Shown here piece by piece: positions 37,731-49,075 of a DNA stretch of 64,000 nucleotides. The notes beneath the pieces were generated by a model. That model did no database searches. It saw only the letters and a program-made list of their open reading frames with translations, and was not told the origin of the DNA. Numbering within the stretch: position 1 is the first letter of the stretch; each line of letters opens with the position of its first letter. The stretch comes from Sphagnum compactum (taxonomy: Eukaryota), in contig OZ234493.1 of assembly GCA_965153455.1 (NCBI GenBank), positions 24,728,213 through 24,792,212 of the forward strand, written 5' to 3'. The translations under genes were made by a program, and so were the position numbers.

Positions 37731-39700
37731 CGATATTAATTTACATGAAATTGGATATTTATTTCTTGAAAATGATTGTGCAAAGGGTTTTTTTTAATGT
37801 TGTTTAATTGGCTTCTAAGCATCACAAATTCAAGGTGGGTTTAAATCAATGTTAAAATAGAGGATTTTTCACAAAAACAATTCAAGTGATTAATTGTATA
37901 AATTTATTTTCTTCAAAAATGAACGAAAAGAAGATATGTTAATTTACTTGGCCAAAAAAAAAAGCACATGATGAGGTGGTACAAATGTTTTTTTCAAATG
38001 TTACATTGCATTGTTGTCCAACATAAGAACATCATATGCAACCATAGAATGGAAACTTTATCTTCTTCCAAAATCTAAAAACATGTCAAAATTTCATCCT
38101 TTGGAAATAGGGATTCATCTCCAAAGGTTGTTACTTTCTCTCCTAAGGGGACATTTAGTGTAAAGTTTGGGATCTACGTGCGTCAAACGACCATTTTTAG
38201 GGGGGGGGGGGGGTAGGGGGTAGGGTGGATATTAAATAATTGTCCAACCTATTTTTTTATCACCCTAATATTATTTAATTTTTTAATATATACATATTAA
38301 AGCCACCCTATATTAATTATAATCCATTATTTCATATTATTATATACCCTAATTATAATTAAATTGATTATTTGAATCAAATGTACCCTATTTTAAATTA
38401 ATTAACTTATAATTTTTACCCAACCACCAATATATTGCACCCTATATTTATATTCATGTATTTTCTAGTCTTTTTACTAATGTACACCCTAGGCTGTTTC
38501 TACATCATTTTGAAAGTCTTTAAGGAACCCAATGTAGGTTGTCACAAATGTTGTTGAACCATTCAAATCAATGTCAAACAATTCATTACTCTTGATTGTA
38601 GGTATGGGGCATGTGATTGTCCTTGCATTTCCTTAGTGTAACCATCCAACTTCACTTCAAGCTTGGCAACCCTAGTTCATGAAACCCCACACATTTTTGT
38701 CTACAACCATTTTTTTGGTAATAAAATCTTTTAATATATTATGGCAAGTCCACAAAACATATCATGAATCAACTTTTTAAATTCCTTTTTTTAATAAACA
38801 TTAATATACTAAAGATATTAGAATTATAACTACCAATGTTGTAGAACCCTAAATCTTAAAAATGTGTGATATGTATCATCCTCACACACACATGGAATCC
38901 AATAGATGGATAATGGTATAATAGAAGAAAATATGGTGCAGTAGACTAATTTTGGCAAATACAAAGTCCACACATGAGCACAAATTTTTTGCAATCCTTT
39001 TGTTAACCATTTCACAATTCCAAGCCCTAACATTACATTCATATTTGAAAGTCCATAATTTCTTCTAAATTGATTCAATCACCTTGATCTATAGCTTATT
39101 GCTTTCATATATAAATTTATCATAGTGGTTAATATCATTGTGTTTGAACAAAAGATAACAATTATGTCTAAACAAAATAATTGTTAGATGTTCATCGATG
39201 CTTTAGGCTTATAAAATGAAATCATTGGCTTCATACCCACTGCAAGGAATTTGCAAATATACAATTGGATTTATGACTCATTTTTAATCGTAATTATGAC
39301 ATGAGACTTGCTATAATGTTTAGTCACCTTGGACAAGTTGCATAAAATTCTAATCACAAAAGACAATATGTGGCACCAAGTTGCAATGGTAGTCACATAA
39401 AGATACAACTTACATAAACTTTTCATCCATCCAAACTAGCTTACATCGCATTGTCATTTTGTGACTAATTTTATGACTCCATAATGTAGTCTCATTATTT
39501 ATATATTTTAAAAAATTAATATTTAAATAGTAAAGTAATCATATTAAATATTTACATTATTGTTATTTTCTTTAAATTCAACCAATACCATGTTGACACG
39601 TGTCATTGCATAAGATAGGTTTTGAAAAATAATTTAGGTTGTTAAATATGCCACCTATTGTGCCTCTTTAAAGTCACTTAGTAAGCACCTAGCCTATGTT

Positions 39701-39906
39701 GGCTAGGTAGGTAAGGAATATTTGGTCAGCAATCTAGCATTGACCACAACCCATGTCATTTGTGGGGATTGATCTTTGAAACATAGGCTAGGTAAGTAAG
39801 GAATATTTGGTCAACAATCTAATGTTGACCACAACCCATGTCATTTGTGGGGATTGATCTTTGAACCCCAAGGATGGAGATCAATTCTCTTACCACCAAG
39901 GCCCCC
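39701..39906 (-). mobile_element. Possible tRNA-derived SINE remnant with an 85-bp tandem duplication
   Basis: Duplicated units start at 39701 and 39786; the minus strand begins GGGGGCCTTGGTGGTAAGAG..GGTTCAAAGATCAATCCCC (degenerate A/B-box spacing). Confidence 0.35.
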
Positions 39907-41592
39907 ACTTGTTGTGACAAATAAAGAATGTGCAATTTATTTAACCTATTTCATTTAAAGCATTACACAAAACATCATATTTGAACTTTGATATCTTATT
40001 ATGATAAAATCCAAATGACAAGATTAAAGTTTAAACTTAAAGTCTTTCCAATAATGTACACAAACATATATTTTTCCTTTTAAAAATATGAATTGATTTG
40101 AAAAAAAAAACATTTGAATTTTATTATTCAATACAATTTCAACGACCATTCCAGGGAAAGAATAAATTCAATCACATGATTTATAAATGGATAATATAAA
40201 AATAAATGCACAAATAAATTTATGTCATAAACTTTCATGTCATTCTAAAAATTATATTATACAATTATATATGTACATATATCATAATTTTATTAATTTA
40301 ATATAATTTACATGTGAAATATATAAATATTAATTAATGCCATATAATTAATTGAGTTCATGGAACTTTAAATTTTATTATGTTTAATATAATAACTATT
40401 AATAATAATATTTAGTAATTAGGTAATTTCATAAAAATCCAATATAATAGTTGTAAAATTATTTTTTGATGTGTGTTTCATTATATATAGTAAAGGACGT
40501 CGTGGTCATGTAGCTTTTTCCATCCATCCATCTGTCCCGTCATACATCCAGTCCAGTTGAAGGTATTCTGTGACTCCCCATCCCGCTACTGCTGCAGCAG
40601 CAATCTCCTTCACAAATGCAACAGAACTCAATATGTACATTTCTATGGTCACATCTTGCATTTGGATTTTTCCACATCTACTTGATTGCTGAGAGGCAAG
40701 TGTGTACATGCATCAAATTTATGTTTGGCAACATGTCAGATTAGGCAAGGAAAAAACCTGAGTTATGGATGGAGAAGTTGCTCATATGGGAGAGGTGTAG
40801 AGGAAAGGGGAGAGAGGGGATTGATGATGTAGTTTTAGTTTGCCGTATTGCATATACTGTTGTCATCCAAGCAACTACCAGAGATGGAGGCAGACGAGGT
40901 CACTATGAAGGAACAGATTTTGTCAGGCATTTTCTAGACTCCTATTCAATTGCAAAATGAAAATATTCAAGTAAGGTGGAATTTGAAGGATTGATTTTTT
41001 TCAGTCAATATTTTCATGGTTCTACTTGCCAATCCCTTTCCATGGTATATAAGCAGATATGCCTTTCTCCAGGCATGTGTCAAATGGAGATTCTTCATCA
41101 TCTTTATAGGCGTTAATGAGTGGAATCTGCATGTAAGTTTTTATGCTTGCTAGTTATTTCACCAATAGAGGCAAATAGAGATGGTTGGATCAGTGTGTGA
41201 TGCTGTAGACAAAGTGCTGCAAGAGGCCCACAAGTTTTATAGACTCAAAACTCAGCAAGTACCTGTGGCTGCCAACACACTTAAGCAGTCTTGCATTGTG
41301 CATCACATATAATGGCTACTGGAATCTTTTTGTCTTCAACCTATTTCTTCATGGTACTTCCTACACCAGATTCTGTGTATTGTGTGCCGTAGGACTCAGT
41401 GACACTATCATTACAACTAGGCGCTTTTACTTTGTCAACTGATTAGATTCATTGACAACCAGGGGTTGCATTTGTTGACAGGTTTGGCATTGGAGGAAGG
41501 TGACTATCTAGGAAAAAAGTTGGGGGGGGGAGGTGGGAGAAGAAACAGGAGTTGTGGAAAGAAAAGTAGTAGTAGAAGTAGACGACAATTGT

Positions 41593-41808
41593 ATGGCACC
41601 TGGGAACTTGAAGATGGACATTCCTGAATCACCCATGAAGGAAGAAGGAGACACACCATCTAGCACAGAAGAATTGAAGGTGGAGTCAAAGAACCCACTT
41701 CTTACATTAAGGGAAAAGACATCATTTGCTGTTGCACATACCAGTAGTGTACATGAGCTGCTGGAATGTCTAGTATGCACCAATTCTATGTACCCTCCTA
41801 TTCATCAG
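41593..41808 (+). pseudogene. SINAT: Orphan first coding exon of a SINA/SINAT E3 ubiquitin ligase
   Basis: MAPGNLK..SSVHELLECLVCTNSMYPPIHQ|GT matches SINAT SVHELLECPVCTNSMYPPIHQ and its exon end; an upstream acceptor at 41481; no CHNGHTLC exon found downstream; CPVC changed to CLVC. Confidence 0.85.
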
Positions 41809-43198
41809 GTACCCAATCTTTTATTTTCTCTTTGAATTTTTTTTTTGGGGGGTTTGTTTTTTCCCCTCTCTCTATCTCTCTGCTCAGTTTATTCTGCTGG
41901 CTTTCTGGAGGAAAAGGAGGAGCATCATTGTAGCAGCACCCACCCACCCCATCTCCTTCTTCTCCTTGGGAACGAAAACCTCAAGATGTAGATCTAGGTG
42001 CGACGGCAGAACTTACAAGAAGCTTCAAAGCTAGGAGTGTAGTTGTTGTGTGATTTTCATGGCATTGGTTGTTAATCCCTGATAGTCCATAAAAATTAAA
42101 GTTTCCAAAAGTGTCAGCTTTAAAAGCTCAGGATTTTTTGTTCATTTCATGACATGTCTTTCAGATATTCCAGGAATGACTTCCTATTGCCTTTTGGAGT
42201 TGGGTTTGGGTTTGATAAAACCATGGGGGAATTCAGCCAGGTGAAATTCATTGACCTGATACTGCTGTATGCAAAAAGGTAGAGCTTGGTCAGGCAAATT
42301 GGTGAGATGAAAGAATGAAGAGAACAGTGCAAAATTATGGAAAAAGAATTAGGGTTTAGGGTTTAGGGGTGAAGGGGGAACTGGACATGGCTTAAATCTA
42401 TGTGCAGAATGCAATCCACAAGCAGAAAAGAGCAGCTGAACTTACATGTGGCTTTCTTCATGTTTGTAAAGAGATGTACAGTAAACACCATTGAAACCAA
42501 AGCAAATTGGCCCAAGATGTTGCATTCACCAGCTCCACAGACAATCAGCAATGCTTTGGGCAACATCGTGACGACCCAGACAAGCTTTGGTAGTCAGACT
42601 AAGACCATATAGACTCCCAGAGAGAGCACATCCCAACTGTCATGCTTTGAGAAGATTGAAACAATTTGCAACAGCTGAATTCTTATAAGCTACAACAACT
42701 ACAAGTATCCCTACTTCACATTGCCCTTCCTATTGTAGGCACCGTGGTGTTGTGATGACGCTTGTGAGAATACTTCTAAGAGAAATACATCATTAGCATA
42801 CAAGAGTGCAAGAGAAACCCCCCCCCAAGATTTTGATATCAATATCAGCAATAAACCCAACATATATTCTCCATAGGTATTTTCTCCTTGAAACGTTGCA
42901 AATCAGATAGAGAGGCCATCCTAACAGAAGCATGAGAACGATCATCAAGATCTGACCCAGTGGATGTTGAAGGTATTCTGTGACTCCCCATCCTTTTGCT
43001 ACTACAGCAGCAATCTCCTTCTTCTTCTTGGGAACGAAAACCTCATCGCGATCGATGCTACCCGTGTTGCTGTGATGACGCCTGTGAAAATACTTCTACG
43101 AGAAATACGGCACTAGCAGACAAGAGTGCAGGAGAAACCCCCCCCCCCTAAGATTTGGATATCAATATCAGTAACAAACCCAACATATATTCTCCACA

Positions 43199-46100
43199 AT
43201 GCTCGAAGACATACAAGAACGTATGCGTGCACTCATTGTGCAGCATGGTAGTGCTTTGGCAGCTTTGGCGGCCCTTCGGCAGCACCCAGAAGCTCAACAG
43301 AATGACGAGCAAACTAACTCTTTGGAAAATCCTATTCCACACATTGATGCTCCAGCAAAATTCAATCAAGACATGTCGAAATCTGCATGTGAACGTCACA
43401 ATCGCCTGCAGAGAGAACGGCGTGCTAGGCAACGTATAGAGTCGGCCGAGCCATCTAAAACACCACAAGAGCGAAGTAATCGTCTACGTCAAAAACGATG
43501 AACCGTACAACAAGCAACAACACGTGCATAACCTTCTTTTGGCAATGACGCATAGCAATTGTTTAGAGACGAAGACGCGTCAGCCCCGGCACGATGGGAT
43601 TGTGGAAAAATGGACACAATCTGTGGATTCTACAATGCGAAAATGTGGATTAAAGAACGATTGGCAAAGTCGAACAACAGCAACCCACCATTTTCTCTGT
43701 GTTGCAAGATTCTATTGCCGAATTTTCCTGCAACACCGCAATAGCTAAAAGTTCTTTTAACCAGCAAAGAGAGAAGTGCCGTCAAATTTCAAGATCAGAT
43801 TCGCATGTACAATTCAGTGTTGGCATTCACTTCACTCGGTGCCAAAGTTGATGAGTCGGTAACAAGAGGCACTGGACCGTACTCCTTTCGTATTCAGGGT
43901 GAGCTCTATCACAAAATCAGATCCCTGTGTCCTACCGAAAGACAATGTCCATAGTTTGCACAGCTATACATTCATGATATAGAGAGCGAACGTCAAAATC
44001 GCCATGCCATTATGCCATTGCTTAATCCAACGACATTGGATCGGTTGTTGATCATGATGTAATATATCAATCCCTATGTCAAAATGTTGAAAATGGCAAG
44101 GGATATGATGGCAACAGAAGGTGCTCCCACGGATCTGAAATTGCGTTTCATTGCCTCTCGAACAAAGGATGCTTGTCGATACAATGTGCCGATGGCCGAT
44201 GAAGTCGCTCCATTGATGGTAGGAGATGGTTTCCGAGGCTGTAGACAGGCGTGACGTCATCGTTGCTTAGCAAGCTGGCCCGTTTCAACGCATTTCCGAG
44301 CTACATGTGGGATACATGGCTCTACATTATCCGTTGTTATTTCCTTACGGTGAAGATGGATGGCATCCGAATATTCCACTCAATGGTGTTTGGTTCTAGG
44401 ATGCTGATGCGGATTTGGATGAAGACCATGCGGAAGAATCTGAGCATCATAAAAAGCATCACAATGTGACAATGGCCGAATTTTACGTTTATCGACTTCA
44501 ACATCAAGACACTCATGGCATTGCGTTGCTTCGGGATGACTAATTGAGGCAGTAATACATTGTGGATGCTTATGCGGCTGTCGAACAAAACCGCTTGAGG
44601 TATCTGCGCCTTAATTAGAAAAAGCTTCGTGCAGATCTCTATCAAGGCCTTCAGGACGCCATCGTTGTAGGTGACAATAGCGTTGTTGCCATCGGATAAA
44701 AGATCATTCTGCCATCTTCTTTCACAGGATGTCCACGTCACATGGTTCATAATTATCAAGATGCCATGGCAATCTACAAATGGGCCCATTGCCCATATGC
44801 GTTTTGTTACATTCACTTGCAATCCCCAACGGCATGAGATCAAAAGAGCGTTGCTGCCCGGACAGCAACCTTAGGATCGATCGGATTTGGTAACCCAAAT
44901 GTTCAAAATCAAGTTGACGAAGTTGATCAATGACATTCACAAGAAGCATATTCTAGGATGTATGATTGTGAGAATCTATGTCATTGAGTTTTAAAAGTGT
45001 GGGCTGCCGCATGCACACATTCTCATCTTCTTTGCCAAAGACTACAAGCCACACACGGTCGAGGATGTAGACCGCATGATCAATGCTGAACTTCCGAATC
45101 CAGAGACAAACAAGTTGGCCCACGAGATTGCCAGATGCATGATGCATGGTCCATGTGGAACTGCGTTTCCAAATGCCCCATGCATGGAAGATGCCAAATG
45201 CAAAAAATAATATCCACGCAAATTCCAATCCAAAACGGTGACGGATGTAAACGGATATCCTATTTATCGACGCATAGATACGGGGCACACAGTTTTGGTT
45301 CACGGTGTTGAATTGGACAATCGTTGGGTGGTACCGCACAATGTCTATTTGTCGACCAAATACGATGCACACATCAACGTTGAAGTCTACAACAACATTT
45401 GTGCAGTCAAGTATTTATTCAAGTACGTTTACAAAAGACATGATCGTGCAACTGTTGAGATCTCACGCCAGAGCAACAATGCCATCGAAGGGAATGTGGT
45501 CGAAGCCGATGAAAATAAAAAATATCTCGATTTTCGCTATGTATCTACATTGGAAGCAAAGTGGCGCATCTTCAAGTTTGATATGCATGAGCGGTTTCCT
45601 GCCGTTGAGCATCTGCAATACCATTTGCCCAATCAACAAATGGTGTTGTTCGACGATGACGATGATGTGCAGGAGGTGGTAGCACGGTCAGCCATTTCCA
45701 GAACGATGGTGATGGAATGGTTCAAAATAAACCAAGAATTATAAGCTGCACGAAGCCACAATTCGATCAATTCCCTTAGCAATGGGTGTGGAATCAGAAG
45801 TTGAAGCGATGGACAATGTGCAACAGAGGCTTTGCCATTGGTCGCATGTATTATGCACACCCAACATCGGGTGAACGTTATTATTTGCGGATGCTGCTGA
45901 ACTGCGTCAAAGGTGCCACATTCTACGAGCATTTGCGGACAGTGATGGCACAGAGCATGACACATTCAAAGATGCATGCATTGCAATGGGTTTGCTTGCA
46001 GACAACAATGAATAGCATCAAGTTGTGGAAGAAACCGGTCTTTGGGCCTCAGGACGACAGCTGCGTGACAGGTTTGCCTCCATGCTGATGTTTTGTGAGG

Positions 46101-47872
46101 TGACGAATCCCAGAAAACTATGGGATGCACATTGGGAGTCTTTGAGCGATGACATTGAAGCAATGACACGCCGCAAGTGTGATGATCTAGCTGTTACCCT
46201 TACTGAGGATGCGCTAAAAGATCGTGCATTGTATGAGATCGATCAGGTTCTCATTCGCAACGGACACTGCCTGGAAGATTTTCCAACGCTTCCCAAGTCT
46301 AATTACGTCCCTCTTGTTCATGGAAGAAACTGATTGGTCCAAGAAGAGTTGGCTTATGATCAACACTCATTGACCACATATGCAGACAATGTAGTAGATA
46401 GGTTCAATGATGATCAGCGCAGCGCATACGAAACTATTTTGAATGCCGTGACAAACAAAGATGGCAAACTATTCTTTGTGTATGGCAGTGGCAAAATCGG
46501 CAAAACATTTGTTTGGACAACGCTTCTGTCCCGTCTACAAGGGCAAGGCAAAATTGTGCTTGTAGTTGCCTCATCAGGAATTGCATCTTTGCTGCTTTTG
46601 GGCGGCAGAATCGCCCATTCAAGATTCAAGATTTCGATTGATCTACACGATGAGTCGACTTGCAACCTCACACAATAGATGAAAGTGGCCGAGTTGGTGC
46701 ATAAAGCTGATCTGATCATTTGGGATGAGGCACCGATGGTGCATCACCGAGCTTTCAAAGCTGTTGATTGGACCCTGCATGATTTGATGCAATTGGATGA
46801 TGCACAGGCAACCAAGAAGATCTTTGGTGGGAAAACCGTGGTCCTTCGTGGGGATTTTTGACAGATCCTGCCTGTAATTCCGAAGGAAGGACGAGAAGAC
46901 ATTGTTAGTGCTTCGTTGCCTCGATCGTATCTTTGGCAGCATGTTACGATTCTTCGTCTTCATATCAACATGCGAGTCATGGCAGCCAATTCTGAAAAGC
47001 AGCGAAAGTTTGCCAAATGGGTGTTGAATGTTGGCGATGGCAGTCTTCCTGCCATTGCAGAAGAAGAAGGTGTCAATCCAGATTGGATCAAGATTCTGTC
47101 CCATATGAGGCTACTAGTAGAAGATTGAAGCTTAAGAGGATTAATTCGAACCATCTATCCGGATCACCAACGCCACTCTGGAGATGCCATGTATCTTATG
47201 CAATGCAACGTTATGGCCCCCAAAAATACTAACGTTGATGAAGTCAACAATGCAATTCTTGAATCGCTATCTGAAGAATTGCACACATACCTGAGCGTAG
47301 ATTCATTGGCTCCAACAAAAGAAGGTGTAAGTGCTGCTACAGGAGTTTCAATGGATTCATTGTATCCGATGGAATTTCTGAACACTTTGCAATTCAGCAG
47401 TATCGCAAATCATAAGCTGGAACTCAAAGTGGGCGTGGTATTCCTTTTGTTGTGCAATCTCAATCAATCAATAGGATTGTGCAATGGTACGAGGTTGATT
47501 GTTAAGAGATTGGGTCAGCATGTCATTGAAGCGAAAATCATCACAGGGAACAATGTCGGCAAACGTGTGTTCATACCCCGCATCATCATGTCCCCCTCTG
47601 GAACTGATTAGCCATTTGTTTTGCGTCGTTGTCAATTTCCTATTCGAGTGGCATTTGCGATGACAATCAACAAAAATCAAGGTCAGACATTGAATGACGT
47701 TGGGGTATATTTGCCGTCTTCGGTCTTTTCCCATGGTCAGCTATATGTTGCTATCTCATGGGTCACAAGCAGTGCAAACATCAAGATTTTCAGCCGCCAG
47801 GTTCCCAATGGATACATGCAGAATGTGGTATATAAAGAGGTTTTGGAAATGCAGTTTGTAGTTGTAATTTAG
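43199..47872 (+). pseudogene. Helitron RepHel (HUH Rep + Pif1 helicase) pseudogene
   Basis: Rep motifs FTCNP, IEF*KCGLPHAH, KYLFKYVYK; helicase motifs [47 protein letters not shown]; more than 10 stops and several frameshifts. Confidence 0.96.
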
Positions 47873-48957
47873 TAATATGTACCGTCAAATCCACACACCT
47901 ATGCATTAGGCACGGGGTTCAAACTAATTTATTCTAGATGTATTGTAATTGTCATATGTGATTCTTGTGCAACTTGTTAACAAAATCAAACATGGTTGAC
48001 CAAAATCATATGTATAATGCATACATTCACTTGTAGAAAGGTCCATCTTGAGATTAATATGTAATTATAAAAGAATCCCAAAAAAATGTGATGTGACATT
48101 TTATTTTTAATTCCTTATGTTTATAGGGGATAGTTGTAGTGTAGTTACATATTAGTTGTTGCAAAGCTTTAATTGTAGGGTAGTGAGGTTTTCACGAACA
48201 TAATTTTTCATAGTGCATTTATAGTTAGCAATAGGGATATAGTTAGTGGTAGTTACATCATGGATGTGTGGATTATATAATGATGTACTCACAAAAAGTC
48301 ATATATGGCAAAGATGACTACAAATGTAGTCATTTACGTAATCCCAAAAACCATGTTTATGGCATAATGAATAAGTGATTATAAGTAATTTGGTTAGGTA
48401 ATAATTAACTAGTAAATTTGGCTTAGATATAATACGTAGGTAGAAAAGTTAGGTTAGGTCAAGCTAATAAGTAGTAGGTGGTAGGTTGTAGCTTATGTTA
48501 AATTAGGATACGTAGGCAAGACAGGCAAGGTAATGGATTGTAGGTAATAGGTAAGTATATTATGTAACAAACATTTTTATGTGGATATAGAACAATGTTG
48601 TAGTGTTTTCATTTTATGAAAGTTTATTTCATATCTTTTGTCAACAATTTCAATTTTGTAAATTATATAAATAAGTGGAAACATACATTAGCACACATAG
48701 TATGCAATAGTGTTGGGTGATTACTTGGTTTGGTCAGTTAATGTTTTTGATTATAATTATATTTAATAAAAACTAAACCAAAACCAAGTTTGATTTTTGG
48801 AATTTAGTACTTGCACTAAATCCAAATCTAGTTTGGAACTAAAACTGGAACTTTTGAAAATAGTTTTTTTTTGGGGGGAATGGGGGTTTAATCAATAGTT
48901 TAAACCAAGTTGTTTAAAAAGAAATTGGAATTGGGTTTGATTTCCAAAAGTGGAAAC

Positions 48958-49075
48958 AAAATTAAAACTTGATTTTTCTCAAAACTTAGACCAAGATTAA
49001 AACTTGATTTTTCTCAAAACTTAGACCAGCATTTAAACCTTGATCTTTCTCAAAGCTTAGACCAAAATTAAACTT
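48958..49075. repeat. ~35-bp tandem repeat x3 (ATTAAAACTTGATTTTTCTCAAAACTTAGACCAAG)
   Basis: Directly visible. Confidence 0.85.

Larger units (their letters stand above)
40481..47927 (+). mobile_element. Decayed Helitron (~7.4 kb) with captured host gene fragments in its 5' part
   Basis: RepHel pseudogene; 3' hairpin remnant CCTATGC-ATTAG-GCACGGGG then CTAA|T (CTRR); 5' end inferred at T(C/T)ATATATAGTAAAGG (~40478-40481), where the AT-rich flank ends; internal duplications tie 40556 onward to the RepHel leader. The 5' boundary is less certain than the 3'. Confidence 0.8.
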
